Shown: positions 7,845 to 18,608, counted from the first letter of the whole stretch. The stretch: 59,453 nt of DNA, filler included, from 5 parts of 5 records of this genome joined end to end with filler, not necessarily neighbours in it, one strand, 5' to 3'. The notes: a model not told the origin generated them from the letters alone. Numbers and translations: made by a program.

Positions 7845-9563
7845 TTAAACACTGTCTAGATTCACATAAAAACGAAAAGTAGTCCCCTCTCCTACATTGC
7901 TGGACACAAAAATTTCCCCACCCATCATGCCCACCAACTTGCGTGAAATGGGCAAACCAAGCCCCGTTCCTCCATATTTCCTGGAAGTAGAAGAATCTGC
8001 CTGAGTGAAGCTTTCAAAAACATAATTGAGTTTGTCTGCTGATATTCCAATGCCTTCATCCTTCACCGCAAAAAAAAGTTTCCCGGCATCCCGATAAACG
8101 GACACCGCAATAGTTCCTTCGCTGGTAAATTTTACCGCATTACTGATCAGGTTATTCAAGACCTGCCTGATTCGAGTGGCATCACCAATCACTTTCTCCG
8201 GTATGTCCTCATCAATATGACAGACAACCTTCAAACCTTTACGAGCGGCATCCACAGTGAAAACGCCAACCACTCTTTCCAACATCTCATGGAGCAAAAA
8301 TTCATGCCGTTCTATTTCCAAATGTCCGGCTTCAATTTTCGATATTTCCAGAACATCATTAATTATCTCAAGAAGATTTTCCCCGGCGGTCCCGGCAATA
8401 TTCAAAAATTCCCGCTGTTCGTCGTCAACTTTGGTTTCCTTGAGCAACTCCACCATTCCGAGAATAGAGTGCATGGGAGTTCGGATTTCATGACTCATGT
8501 TGGCCAAAAATTCAGTTTTCACCCTGCTGGCGGTTTCTGCCTTTGTTTTTTCTTCCTGCAGCAAAACCAGAATATCATTTATTGATTTAGACAGATCATT
8601 GAGTTCATCATTTCCACTCAAACGAAGCGTCCTTTGTTCCGGGCCGGTAAAAAACTCACCACGTAGCTGCTCCTGCAACCTCTTCACCCGGGAAATAAAA
8701 TACCTGTTGAGGACAAAAGTAGCGCCAACACCGAGAAGCAAAAGAGCCCCGCACATAAAGATGAGAAAGACCTTGAACAAGGAGCTTCCGATTTCATAGG
8801 CATCACGATCCATGCCCAATCCCAACAGAACTAGAGGTTTTCCGAGAACATCCCGCTGAGCGATAAATCCGTTAAGTTTATCATCCCCGCTTTCCTGAGA
8901 ATCAAAAAAAATATCCCTGTCAGGAATAACTTTCAGCTCCTTGAAAAAAAGATCCATCTGTAAAGCCTTACCCAACATGCCCAGATGACGGTCCCCAAAA
9001 TAGCGGCCCATAATCATCGTTCCCGCAGGAGTGCCCTCTAAATTGCTTTTTAAAATTTTTTGCACGCTGATCTGCATCAGTCTATGGTCAATTCTGGCCA
9101 ACCCGGTCAAACCTTCACTTCCGCATTTACGGATTATCTTGTTTCCCTGACAGCCCTCGGTAGTAAAACAGAGTTCTATGGCATCATTTCCTTCAGCTAA
9201 ATGCGAGAAATAATGTTTCCCCTCATTATCAAAAAACATAATCAGATCGAGATCAAGGTTGACCAGAACCTCCGGAGTCAAATTTGAGAGGACATATTGT
9301 TCGTTGAATTCTTTTACAAATAGATATGTATCATCCCACCAGGACCAGTCACGGCAAAGTCTCTGCAAAGCCTGTGAACTTTCATTCATCGCAAATTCTG
9401 CCCGACTGAGATTTTCTTCCATCAGTACTTTTTCAACCTTGGATATAGCGCGACTGTTGAGCTTATAAACCAGCAGGACACTACCCACAAATACCAGCAG
9501 GCAAATCATAGACACAATTAAATAACTTTTACCCTTCAACCCAATTCGCATGAACACCCTCAA
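7845..9563 (-). CDS. CHASE4-domain membrane sensor histidine kinase
   Basis: DWSWWDDTY (CHASE4), two TM segments, [14 protein letters not shown]-box, [10 protein letters not shown] and GGTGLGL. Confidence 0.9.
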   Translation of the reverse strand: MRVFMRIGLKGKSYLIVSMICLLVFVGSVLLVYKLNSRAISKVEKVLMEENLSRAEFAMNESSQALQRLCRDWSWWDDTYLFVKEFNEQYVLSNLTPEVLVNLDLDLIMFFDNEGKHYFSHLAEGNDAIELCFTTEGCQGNKIIRKCGSEGLTGLARIDHRLMQISVQKILKSNLEGTPAGTMIMGRYFGDRHLGMLGKALQMDLFFKELKVIPDRDIFFDSQESGDDKLNGFIAQRDVLGKPLVLLGLGMDRDAYEIGSSLFKVFLIFMCGALLLLGVGATFVLNRYFISRVKRLQEQLRGEFFTGPEQRTLRLSGNDELNDLSKSINDILVLLQEEKTKAETASRVKTEFLANMSHEIRTPMHSILGMVELLKETKVDDEQREFLNIAGTAGENLLEIINDVLEISKIEAGHLEIERHEFLLHEMLERVVGVFTVDAARKGLKVVCHIDEDIPEKVIGDATRIRQVLNNLISNAVKFTSEGTIAVSVYRDAGKLFFAVKDEGIGISADKLNYVFESFTQADSSTSRKYGGTGLGLPISRKLVGMMGGEIFVSSNVGEGTTFRFYVNLDSV

Positions 9564-9600
9564 GAGATGATAGATTTTCTTTTATCTTACATCGTTAACA

Positions 9601-9635
9601 AAAAAAAAGAAACCGGATCGAAATCCGGTTTCTTT
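9601..9635 (-). terminator. Intrinsic terminator downstream of cysS
   Basis: AAAGAAACCGGAT-CGAA-ATCCGGTTTCTTT inverted repeat. The A-run at 9601-9608 gives the U-tract on the minus strand. Confidence 0.85.
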
Positions 9636-9669
9636 AAAATTATTTGTCGACTGTTAAGAAAGTTACTTT

Positions 9670-11133
9670 TTAAATCACGGACCAGACCGCTCCTTGCGGG
9701 GTATCCTTGACTTCCACACCGAGTTCAATCAGTTCATCCCTGATTTCGTCGGAACGGGCAAAATCCTTATTCTTACGTGCTTCCTGACGGGCAGCAACAA
9801 GTTCTTCAACTTTTGCCACTTCAATTCCCTTGCGCTCAAGCATGCAGAGCTTAAGCTCTTCAAGAAACTCCTTGGGATCACGGGTGAAGATACCAAGCAC
9901 TTCGCCCCATTCTTTCATATCCTCAAGGATACGGGTCCATGCATCACGCCCGCCTTCGGATTTGCGCCATGCCTTTTCTTCACCGATACGTCCGGCAAGA
10001 CGGATCAGGGTGAACATGTGGCCCATTGCGCCGGCGGTGTTCATGTCATCTTCCATGGCCTCAGCCCACCCCTTTTCGGCAGCTTCGATTTCAGCCAAAA
10101 CCTCTTCAGGCAGTGCGGCCTTGGACCACTTCGCTTTGTTCAAAGCTTCCCCGGTCTGCTCCAGCGCGGAATACACGCGACGGATACCTTTTTCAGCTTC
10201 TTCAAGAGCTTCAAAAGAGAAATCGAGGGGGCTGCGATAATGCATGGTCAGCAGAAAATAGCGCAGGGTTTCGGGCATAAATTTATCAATAATATCCCGA
10301 ATGGTGAAAAAATTGCCCAGAGACTTGGACATTTTTTCGGAGTTGATCTGCACAAAACCGTTGTGAACCCAAAAACGGGACATTTCCTTTCCGGTAGCTG
10401 CTTCACTCTGGGCAATCTCGTTTTCATGATGGGGGAAACTGAGATCCTGTCCACCGCCATGAATATCAAAAGGAAGCTCGAAATATTTCTCGCTCATGGC
10501 AGAACATTCGAGGTGCCAGCCGGGACGGCCCTGTCCCCAAGGACTTTCCCATGAAGGCTCACCGGGCTTGGCTGCTTTCCAGAGAGCGAAATCAAGAGGA
10601 TCTTCCTTTTCTTCTCCGGGTTGAATACGCGCTCCGGACTGCAGATCTTCGATATTTCTGCCGGAAAGTTTTCCGTAGTCATCAAAAGAGCGAACCTTAA
10701 AATAAACATCACCGGAAGGTGTTGCGTAAGCATGGTCCTTTTCAATCAAGATCTTGGTCAGCTCGATCATCTCAGGAATGTGCTCAGTACATTTGGGTTC
10801 AATGTCCGCGCGCAAGATATTCAGCTTATCCATGTCCACATAGAATTCACCGATAAATTTCTCGGCCAGCTCAGTGGAGGTTACCCCGGTTTCATTGGCC
10901 CGGTTGATGATCTTGTCATCAATATCAGTGAAATTGCGCACGAAGGTAACATCATAACCTTTGAAACGCAGGTAACGGACCAGAATATCAAAGACCACGG
11001 AAGAGCGGGCATGACCGATATGGCAGAGATCGTAGGCGGTAATACCGCAGGCATAAAGATTCACTTTGTTGCCGTTTAAAGGTACGAACTCTTCCTTCTT
11101 CCGTTTGAGTGTATTGTAAAGGCGCATAGCCAC
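9670..11133 (-). CDS. cysS: Cysteine--tRNA ligase
   Basis: HIGH (HIGHAR), KMSKS, DFALWK, GRPGWHLECSAM and HGGGQDLSFPHHENE motifs. Confidence 0.97.
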   Translation of the reverse strand: MAMRLYNTLKRKKEEFVPLNGNKVNLYACGITAYDLCHIGHARSSVVFDILVRYLRFKGYDVTFVRNFTDIDDKIINRANETGVTSTELAEKFIGEFYVDMDKLNILRADIEPKCTEHIPEMIELTKILIEKDHAYATPSGDVYFKVRSFDDYGKLSGRNIEDLQSGARIQPGEEKEDPLDFALWKAAKPGEPSWESPWGQGRPGWHLECSAMSEKYFELPFDIHGGGQDLSFPHHENEIAQSEAATGKEMSRFWVHNGFVQINSEKMSKSLGNFFTIRDIIDKFMPETLRYFLLTMHYRSPLDFSFEALEEAEKGIRRVYSALEQTGEALNKAKWSKAALPEEVLAEIEAAEKGWAEAMEDDMNTAGAMGHMFTLIRLAGRIGEEKAWRKSEGGRDAWTRILEDMKEWGEVLGIFTRDPKEFLEELKLCMLERKGIEVAKVEELVAARQEARKNKDFARSDEIRDELIELGVEVKDTPQGAVWSVI

Positions 11134-11136
11134 TCC

Positions 11137-12024
11137 TTATTTTCGTGAATAAAAATTTGCCTCGACCGTAATCCCATAAAGGTCAAGCAGTTCTTCGAAA
11201 CTGCGCCCCATAAACATGTAAAGCAGGGGAACAGGTTCGGCCGGTTCTACCCGGACGACCAACCTCTCGGGATTATCTATAAATTTAATGAGCTCGGCAT
11301 AAAAAATCTCAGCATAGCCGTTCCCGATACTTCTAGCTTCCTGCATTTGCAATTGCAGGGATTCCCGCAGCCTGTCCCGGTAAGCTTCAATCTCGACTCC
11401 TTCACTTTCTGCTGAAAGAGCCACGACTTTCTTCGTAAGGGACAAATCCTGCCAGACAAAGGAACCGTCAAGCATGCTGGTTCCCACAAGTCCACCTATT
11501 CCGGGTCCCCGAAGACTGACATCACCGAGGCTAAACCCTGCACTGACCCGGCAAAGATCTGTTCCGTCAAAATTTATGGACTTTACTGTGAGCCGTTTGG
11601 TTTCGTCTTCATAGCTGTAGTCGGCAAAGAGGTCAAAATCCAGCTTTTCATAGCCCATTTTTCGAAAATCACGGGCAAGTGTTCCCATATTTATGAACTC
11701 CACCGGAACAGATACACCCTGAATCCTTCCCCGAAAAAAACGGGGCGGGGTATGTTCATGATCAAAGGAATCAACTTCCAGCTTACGAACCGTGCATCCT
11801 GCTCCGCTGGCAAAACGGCAATCAAGACCCCAAACATGTAAAGACTTGTCAAAAGGATTAAGCAATGCCCGCTCAAAATCCACCCGGATCAGACCAGCGT
11901 GACGGTCCACTGTCTCACGGACTTTGGCAGCGGAAAAGTCCTCCAGCTTGAAATATCCTCCGGCAGTAACTGCAACCAGCAGGGCCAGCGTCAGGAATAA
12001 TTTCAAAAAGGATTTTCCGCTCAT
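11137..12024 (-). CDS. Hypothetical exported/membrane-anchored protein
   Basis: 295-aa ORF with an N-terminal hydrophobic segment, tightly packed between ispDF and cysS. Confidence 0.75.
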   Translation of the reverse strand: MSGKSFLKLFLTLALLVAVTAGGYFKLEDFSAAKVRETVDRHAGLIRVDFERALLNPFDKSLHVWGLDCRFASGAGCTVRKLEVDSFDHEHTPPRFFRGRIQGVSVPVEFINMGTLARDFRKMGYEKLDFDLFADYSYEDETKRLTVKSINFDGTDLCRVSAGFSLGDVSLRGPGIGGLVGTSMLDGSFVWQDLSLTKKVVALSAESEGVEIEAYRDRLRESLQLQMQEARSIGNGYAEIFYAELIKFIDNPERLVVRVEPAEPVPLLYMFMGRSFEELLDLYGITVEANFYSRK

Positions 12025-12033
12025 GCCGGAACC

Positions 12034-13224
12034 TTAAATCTTTTTCAGGCCGGTTACAGCGGCCACAGCTTTTATGCCTTTTTTTTCACCGGTAAATCCT
12101 AGTTTTTCCTCGGTGGTGGCTTTAACATTGACCTGAGCCTTATCAAGCCCCAGAACCGAAGCCACATTCTTGCGGATCAGCTCCCGATGCGGAGAAAGTT
12201 TGGGAATCTGGCTTATCACGGTCAAGTCCACATGGACGATCTCCACCCCGGCTTCCTCAGCCTTGACCATGACCTCTTTAACGATGATCCCGCTGGACAT
12301 ATTTTCGCAGGCAGCAGAAGTGTCAGGAAAATGATGGCCGATGTCGCCGCCACCGAAAAGCCCCAGAATGGCATCGGCCAAAGCATGAAGTAGAACATCG
12401 CCGTCAGAGTGGGCAATAACTTCCGGTCCGCCGGCAATGGGTACGCCGCCCAGCACCATGGGCCGGCCTTCTCCAAATTTATGTACATCGTAACCCCAGC
12501 CCACGCAGGGGATGGTCCGCTTGTCATCTTCGATTTTTTGCAAATCTTCGGGGTTGGTCATTTTAATGTTACCTTCTTCTCCCTCACAAATATGTACATC
12601 TTTCCCGGCCATTTCCACCATGGAAGCATCATCTGTTACATCCCAGTTATCTTCTTCAGCCTGCCTATGCGCGGCCAAAAGAGTAGGCAGCGAAAAGCCC
12701 TGCGGGGTCTGCACTGCTTTCAAGCGGGAACGGACCAGAGTTTTTTCTACAACTCCGTCTGCAACTTCCTTGATGGTATCGGTCACATCAATGGCTGGAA
12801 TGACCCCTTCATCTCCAGATTGCAGACGATCGATAATCCCGCTGACCATCTTTACAGATGCAAAAGGACGTGCAGAATCATGAACCAGCACATGCGTACA
12901 CCCAGAAGGCAGTTCATTCAAGCCGTTGAATACGGAATCCTGCCTGCGCTTCCCTCCTGCAGTAACCTTGAAACGCATGCCAAGAGAATCAGCACCGTCC
13001 AGCTTGGCCACAACCTCTTTCATCTCCTCAACCTGATCGGGAGGAAACACAAAGATGATGCCGGAGACAGCAGGAGTATTGGAAAAAGTAATGGCGGAAT
13101 GCCAGAAGAGCGGGAACCCCTTCCATTCAAGGAATTGTTTTTTGACCCCGCCCACAGCTTCTGCCAGACGGGTGCCGCTGCCTGCTGCCAGCAAAATGGC
13201 CCAGACTTCACCGGATTTGTTCAT
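12034..13224 (-). CDS. ispDF: Bifunctional MEP cytidylyltransferase / MECDP synthase
   Basis: IspD motifs (LLAAGSGTR, VLVHDSARPF, VQTPQGF, TDDASMVE) fused to IspF motifs (GYDVH, HSDGDVLLHALADA, KATTEEKLGFTG). Confidence 0.95.
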   Translation of the reverse strand: MNKSGEVWAILLAAGSGTRLAEAVGGVKKQFLEWKGFPLFWHSAITFSNTPAVSGIIFVFPPDQVEEMKEVVAKLDGADSLGMRFKVTAGGKRRQDSVFNGLNELPSGCTHVLVHDSARPFASVKMVSGIIDRLQSGDEGVIPAIDVTDTIKEVADGVVEKTLVRSRLKAVQTPQGFSLPTLLAAHRQAEEDNWDVTDDASMVEMAGKDVHICEGEEGNIKMTNPEDLQKIEDDKRTIPCVGWGYDVHKFGEGRPMVLGGVPIAGGPEVIAHSDGDVLLHALADAILGLFGGGDIGHHFPDTSAACENMSSGIIVKEVMVKAEEAGVEIVHVDLTVISQIPKLSPHRELIRKNVASVLGLDKAQVNVKATTEEKLGFTGEKKGIKAVAAVTGLKKI

Positions 13225-13276
13225 GATTTAGATCCTTTTGATCTGATGCGCTCCGCGCTATTTATATAAGGATTTC

Positions 13277-13317
13277 GCCTCCGGCGGCTTAAACCCTTTG
13301 GAAAGGGTTTAAGAATC
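13277..13317. repeat. REP-like intergenic element with palindrome, cut by the contig end
   Basis: GCCTCCGGCGG followed by a perfect 12-bp inverted repeat CTTAAACCCTTT-GG-AAAGGGTTTAAG (13288-13313). Shares 19 bp with 1142-1160. Confidence 0.7.
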
Positions 13318-13417
13318 NNNNNNNNNNNNNNNNNNNNNNNNNNNNNNNNNNNNNNNNNNNNTTAATTAATTAANNNNNNNNNNNNNNNNNNNNNNNNNNN
13401 NNNNNNNNNNNNNNNNN
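13318..13417. other. Artificial contig spacer
   Basis: N-run + TTAATTAATTAA + N-run, 100 bp. Confidence 0.99.
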
Positions 13418-13491
13418 CATCTTGTAGCACGTACCCCATTTGACCCGGCTTTTCTGGTGTACCATTCAAAAAATCAACGAAGGAATCCCAA

Positions 13492-14238
13492 ATGAAAATG
13501 CTGTTTGCCCTTTTACTCATTCATTTTTTTTCCATTGTCACGGTCCACGCCCAAACTGTGCATCTCTCTGTTGCAGCGAGCATGACCGACGCATTTAAAG
13601 AAATTATCAGTGTCTTTGCTGCAGCACATCCAAAAACGGAAATCCTGCCCAACTTTGCCTCATCAGGAAGTCTGGCAAAACAGATTGAGCAGGGAGCACC
13701 TGCAGATTTTTACGTTTCTGCCAACCCCAAATGGATGAGATATCTTGTCGAACAAAAAATTATCACCCCAAAATCAGACCATGTATTTGCCTACAACCAG
13801 CTGGTCTTTATTGGTGAAAAACATATTAGTGCGTCCTCTCTAAAAAGCCTGCTGAGTCTGCAACGCATTGCTTTAGGCAGTCCAGGCAGCGTGCCGGCAG
13901 GTCAATATGCCAAACAGGCAATGAAAAACGTCGGGATTTATGCAAAGCTTACAGCACAAAAAAAACTTATCATGGCCAAGGATGTTCGCCAGGCTTTGAT
14001 GTATGCGGATCGCGGTGAGGTAGACGGTGCATTTGTCTATACAACAGATGCCATGCTTGCTGCCAAAGCAAAGGTACTCTTTACTGTGCCGCAGGGACTC
14101 TATGACAGGGTTGCATACCCGATGGGACTAACTGTGTCGGGAGAATCAAATGGGATGGCCAAAGCTTTTTACCAGTACATGGGCACTCCTGAGGCGCAGG
14201 AAATCTTGACCAAATATGGATTCGAGCCAGTTCGCTAA
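13492..14238 (+). CDS. modA: Molybdate ABC transporter substrate-binding protein
   Basis: Signal peptide, AASMTDA, FASSGSLAKQIEQGAPADFYVSAN and VPAGQYA motifs. Confidence 0.93.
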   Translation: MKMLFALLLIHFFSIVTVHAQTVHLSVAASMTDAFKEIISVFAAAHPKTEILPNFASSGSLAKQIEQGAPADFYVSANPKWMRYLVEQKIITPKSDHVFAYNQLVFIGEKHISASSLKSLLSLQRIALGSPGSVPAGQYAKQAMKNVGIYAKLTAQKKLIMAKDVRQALMYADRGEVDGAFVYTTDAMLAAKAKVLFTVPQGLYDRVAYPMGLTVSGESNGMAKAFYQYMGTPEAQEILTKYGFEPVR

Positions 14239-14265
14239 CCCCTCCCCAAAGCAAGGTACGCAAGT

Positions 14266-14946
14266 ATGCTTTCCCTCACTCCCGACGATCTTCTGGCAAT
14301 TAAATTATCGGTACAGGTTGCGGTCACAGCAACAATCATCGCTCTGCCGGCAGGGTTTGGTGCCGCCTATATGCTGGCACTATCAAATATACGCGGCAAG
14401 GCTGTTCTGGAAGGGATCATCAATCTGCCCCTTGTCCTGCCACCGGTTGTTACCGGCTACCTGCTGTTGCTCCTTTTAGGGCGCAACGGCTGGCTAGGAA
14501 AAGCGCTGGCAATGTTTGATATCCGTATAATATTTACTCTGCGTGGTGCCGTCATTGCTTCGGCAGTGGTTGGTTTTCCGTTGTTAGTCCGCTCCATCCG
14601 CATTGGCCTTGAAAACATCGATAAACAATATATACAGGCATCGAGAACCCTGGGAGCACATTGGTGGGATACTCTCTTTACTATCACCATTCCTCTCTGC
14701 AGCCGGGCCATCTTAGCAGGAACCACGCTCATGTTTGCAAGAAGCCTGGGCGAATTCGGTGCAACCATTGTGCTGGCAGGAAACATGCCAGGTGTGACGC
14801 AGACCATTCCTCTGGCCATCTATCAATATACCAGCACTCCAGGCGGCGACCGAATGGCCCTCTCTCTTTGCCTGGTATCCATCTTCCTGTCCTTTGTAGT
14901 ACTGCTGATCGGTGAGGCTGCCAACCGAACACTGGCAAGGAGTTAA
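14266..14946 (+). CDS. modB: Molybdate ABC transporter permease
   Basis: LPLVLPPVVTGYLLL, FARSLGEFGAT and TQTIPLAIY motifs. Confidence 0.95.
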   Translation: MLSLTPDDLLAIKLSVQVAVTATIIALPAGFGAAYMLALSNIRGKAVLEGIINLPLVLPPVVTGYLLLLLLGRNGWLGKALAMFDIRIIFTLRGAVIASAVVGFPLLVRSIRIGLENIDKQYIQASRTLGAHWWDTLFTITIPLCSRAILAGTTLMFARSLGEFGATIVLAGNMPGVTQTIPLAIYQYTSTPGGDRMALSLCLVSIFLSFVVLLIGEAANRTLARS

Positions 14947-14947
14947 T

Positions 14948-16003
14948 ATGTATCTGGAAGTGGATATAGAAAAAAAACACGGCGATTTTTCATGCAATTT
15001 TGCCTTTACACTCAGCTCTGAAGAATGTGGGATTTTCGGCCCTTCAGGAAGTGGCAAGACATCGCTGATGCACATGCTTGCCGGACTCCTCACGCCAGAC
15101 CGGGGAGCCATTAAAATCAACGGGACGACCCTTTTCGACAGTGAAACAGGGATCAACCTTCCCCCTGAAAAAAGACGGGTTGGGGTCGTTTTTCAACACG
15201 CCCGTCTCTTCCCCCATATGAGCGTCGAAAAAAACCTGTTCTACGGTATGAACAGAGTACCGCAAGAACAAAGGAACATTCAGCCGAGCCTGCTCATTGA
15301 TGCACTCCAGGTCAAAAACCTCCTTGACCGTAGCGTCAACAACCTCTCAGGCGGCGAGCGACAGCGAATAGCTCTTGGCCGAACAATTCTTGCTTGCCCC
15401 CACCTTATCCTGCTCGATGAACCCATGTCCGGTCTCGACGGGACCCTGAAATACCAAATTATCCCTCATTTGCAGGCAGTTTTCAAAGAATTCTCCACCC
15501 CCATCCTTTTTATCAGTCATAGCCTGCAGGAAATGAGGATGATGACAAAAGAGGTCATCGTCATGGATAACGGTCGTATAAAAGACCACATGGCAACAGA
15601 AGAACTGGCAAGGACAGGCGTAGGGAGCGGTGGTTCAGGCTACATCAACATGCTCCATCTTGATGCACCTCAGGACCTTGGCAGGCTCCTTCGCTATCAG
15701 TGGGGTAAGGTGTCCCTGATGCTTGTGAAAACCAATGACCAGGGCCCTGGCCAATTTGCACTCAGCAGTAGAGACATCCTGCTCTTCAAAAAACACCCGG
15801 AAGCATCAAGTGCCCGCAATGTGCTCCCTTGCAAGGTCCGAAAAACCTACCAGACAGATTGGCTGGCTGGCGTTGAGCTTGACTGCAACGAAAACACCCT
15901 GATAGCTGAGATCGTTCCCCAGTCACTGGAGGAACTTGATATCCGTCCAGGATGTGAGGTAATCGCTGTGTTCAAGGCATCAGCATTCCAACGGCTCTAT
16001 TAA
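14948..16003 (+). CDS. modC: Molybdate ABC transporter ATPase with C-terminal TOBE domain
   Basis: GPSGSGKT, LSGGERQR, LLDEP and SARNVL (TOBE). Likely start is ATG 14948, 1 nt after the modB stop. Confidence 0.93.
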   Translation: MYLEVDIEKKHGDFSCNFAFTLSSEECGIFGPSGSGKTSLMHMLAGLLTPDRGAIKINGTTLFDSETGINLPPEKRRVGVVFQHARLFPHMSVEKNLFYGMNRVPQEQRNIQPSLLIDALQVKNLLDRSVNNLSGGERQRIALGRTILACPHLILLDEPMSGLDGTLKYQIIPHLQAVFKEFSTPILFISHSLQEMRMMTKEVIVMDNGRIKDHMATEELARTGVGSGGSGYINMLHLDAPQDLGRLLRYQWGKVSLMLVKTNDQGPGQFALSSRDILLFKKHPEASSARNVLPCKVRKTYQTDWLAGVELDCNENTLIAEIVPQSLEELDIRPGCEVIAVFKASAFQRLY

Positions 16004-16492
16004 AAATAGCTGACCATACCTGAACACCTTGACCGCTTGATGCCGGTGGGATGTCACATTACTATTGCATGCTAGACGTTCCCCTGCCCGTGGCAGAATA
16101 CCTGTCTACCATGACAGGTATTCTGCCTCAGAAGATGGGAACTAACTGGAATGGTCAAGCAAACTCAATGCTGCCCGAGCTTGCGGAGAAGGTGCTCGCG
16201 CAACGACAACAGGCATTTGCCAACTCGGCTTTAATGGTCTTGATACTCTGTTTAAAGGCTGACCCTACGACCAAGGTAGGTAAAAATAATACAAAACCCC
16301 GCCCGAACATATCTTTTCAAGCGAACTTTTAAACCAACAGAGACAATCCTCCGCAAACCGCTTCTAGCTGCAATTAGATAAACCAATCCCTTCTTTGCCA
16401 ATCGATTATATGCTATGTTTATGAAGCTAATAAGCGAGCACAGCAGCCTGGAAGCACCTTCGCATCCCTTTTTACATATTTTTGTGTAAACA

Positions 16493-17677
16493 ATGACAGC
16501 TATTATTAAACGACTCTACACATGGATCATTTTCTCATGCCTTCTGAGTTGCTGCACGGCTCATGCGGCCTCCCTTCAATTCTCACCTGCTGAACAGGAA
16601 TGGCTGCGAACACATAAGGTAATACGAATGAGCGGTCCTCAGTCCTTTCCTCCCTTTCAATACGTTGACGATCAAGGCGCTTACAAGGGTATGGCATCGG
16701 ATTACGTCCTCCATATTGCCCAGATGGCAGGACTTCAGGTTGAAAAGGTACCCAACATGCCGTGGCCTGAAATACTGCAGCAAATTAAAAATAAACATAT
16801 AGATGTGTTGAGCTGTGCAGCCATTACTCCGGACCGTGAAGCCTATCTCAGGTTTACAAATCCCCACCTCTCCTTTCCGCTTGTCATTATAAGCAGGAAA
16901 GACTCTTCTTTTGTTGCTGACATACAAGGACTGACTGGTCAACAAGTTGCTCTTATCAAGGAAAATGTCGTATCGAACTGGCTGGAAAAAGATAATATTC
17001 ACGTTAGCCCGGTATTTGTTTCGTCTCCACTTGAAGCCCTCAAAGCTGTTTCTTTGGGTAAAGCTGAGTATGCCATAGAGAACCTAGCTGCCGCATCTCA
17101 TCTTATCGAAAAATATGGATTGACCAACCTCAAGATTGCTGCGCCAACCTCATTTAATAATTATACGCTTTCCATGGCCGTTCGCAATGACTGGCCAGAA
17201 CTTGTATCTATCCTCAACAAAGGGTTAACTTCTCTTTCCCAAGAAACCCACAACAGTATTCGTCAACGTTGGATTTCAGTACGTTATGAACATGGCCTTA
17301 AAAGAGCTGACATAATCAAATGGGTCCTACTGGTTGGTGTCATTGCGCTGGTATTGCTGTCGGTTTTTTTTTACTGGAACAGACAACTTGCAAGAGAAAT
17401 ACGGGAACGAAAAAAAGCAGAGCAGGAAAAACAAAAACTTATCGAAACATTAACAACTGCCCTGGAGGAAATAAAGACATTGCGAGGTATCCTCCCGATC
17501 TGCTGCGAATGCAAAAAAATCCGTGATGACGAAGGATATTGGACCAGAATAGAGGCCTATATAAGTAAACACTCAGAAGCCGACTTTAGTCATGGCATAT
17601 GCCCCGATTGCGTGGAAAAACTTTACGGTCATGAAGGGTGGCATCTGCATAGAAAAAAGAGGGTAAGCATTCAATAA
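16493..17677 (+). CDS. Periplasmic binding-domain (PBPb) membrane sensor with C-terminal Cys-rich domain
   Basis: SBP_bac_3-like domain (PPFQY...GMASDY), a TM segment, a coiled coil, then LPICCECKKIRDDEGYW...FSHGICPDC. Confidence 0.85.
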   Translation: MTAIIKRLYTWIIFSCLLSCCTAHAASLQFSPAEQEWLRTHKVIRMSGPQSFPPFQYVDDQGAYKGMASDYVLHIAQMAGLQVEKVPNMPWPEILQQIKNKHIDVLSCAAITPDREAYLRFTNPHLSFPLVIISRKDSSFVADIQGLTGQQVALIKENVVSNWLEKDNIHVSPVFVSSPLEALKAVSLGKAEYAIENLAAASHLIEKYGLTNLKIAAPTSFNNYTLSMAVRNDWPELVSILNKGLTSLSQETHNSIRQRWISVRYEHGLKRADIIKWVLLVGVIALVLLSVFFYWNRQLAREIRERKKAEQEKQKLIETLTTALEEIKTLRGILPICCECKKIRDDEGYWTRIEAYISKHSEADFSHGICPDCVEKLYGHEGWHLHRKKRVSIQ

Positions 17678-17711
17678 CAAAGACGGTTTAAACTGTTTCC
17701 CCATCACCCCC

Positions 17712-18608
17712 TCACCCCTTTTTCAGCATTCCCTGTAGCTTGATCCTCCTGGTCAACACATCAGGATTGATCGAAACCAGTAAGATACCTAAAAGAGTCA
17801 TTCCACCTCCCACTATCAACTTCCAGCCTAGTTCGTCACCAAAACAAAAAACACCAAAAATAGAGGCCAGGATGGGAGCCAGAAGCATGAGCGGCGTTAC
17901 CGATGAAACCGGATATCTGCCCAAAAGGTAATACACGATTCCATGACCGACCACAGAGGCAGCGACTGCTGAATACAAAGGCGACCACAAATCAATCAAA
18001 TGAGTTTGACTTACGATCTGTGCGTGTCCGGACTCAAAAATAAGCGATAACAGGAGAAGAGAAGGTAAAGCCACAGCAGCGATCCAAGCCTGCAGTTTGA
18101 AGACACCGAGATTTGGACATTGCCGCATTAGTACCGTAGCAACCGCCATGGCAAAAGCAGCACCCGAGACCCACAATATGGCGTCGAGATGGTTAAACAC
18201 TGTTGGATCGAACCCTATTACCATCACCCCCAACAGGGCAATGGTGATAGCAAGTATCCGAATAAAAGTTATCCGCTCCCGCAAAAAAAGGGTAGCCAGG
18301 ATGGCTGAAAAAGGAACATAGAGTTGGGTGGTAATGGCAATTGAAGCAATATTACCACCTGCGTTCAAGCCGATAAAAACCATCCCAAAGTGGATAACCC
18401 CCAACAAAAAAGAGACCCTGAGCAAAGGTTTCATATAGCCGGGTGCAGGCTTAAGCCAAGGCAGCATAATAATCAGTAAAAACAAAAATCGGATACTGGT
18501 AAAAAAGAGGGGCTGAAATTGTGCTGCGCCTATTTTTCCGGCGATAAAGTTAAAACCCCATGCAAAATTAGCTAGCAGGGCAAGCAGGAGGTCAGGTAGA
18601 CTCATCAT
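17712..18608 (-). CDS. DMT/EamA family transporter
   Basis: About ten hydrophobic helices in two EamA repeats (WGFNFIAGK, FFTSIRF, LLAPILASIFG). Confidence 0.9.
   Translation of the reverse strand: MMSLPDLLLALLANFAWGFNFIAGKIGAAQFQPLFFTSIRFLFLLIIMLPWLKPAPGYMKPLLRVSFLLGVIHFGMVFIGLNAGGNIASIAITTQLYVPFSAILATLFLRERITFIRILAITIALLGVMVIGFDPTVFNHLDAILWVSGAAFAMAVATVLMRQCPNLGVFKLQAWIAAVALPSLLLLSLIFESGHAQIVSQTHLIDLWSPLYSAVAASVVGHGIVYYLLGRYPVSSVTPLMLLAPILASIFGVFCFGDELGWKLIVGGGMTLLGILLVSINPDVLTRRIKLQGMLKKG

Noticed and set aside
9694-10554. 286-aa plus-strand ORF
   Set aside because: Antisense shadow of cysS with no recognisable motifs
12409-13269. 286-aa plus-strand ORF
   Set aside because: Antisense shadow of ispDF
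13362-13373. TTAATTAATTAA palindrome repeated four times in the window
   Set aside because: Always centred in N-runs. It is a synthetic all-frame stop linker, not a biological repeat or CRISPR.
13418-13450. GTACCCCATTTGACCCGG at the start of contig 2, possibly the end of a repeat or IS element
   Set aside because: Too short, single copy in the window and no transposase nearby
16051-16332. 93-aa ORF after modC
   Set aside because: No recognisable domain or convincing RBS. It may be a gene remnant but I cannot support a call.
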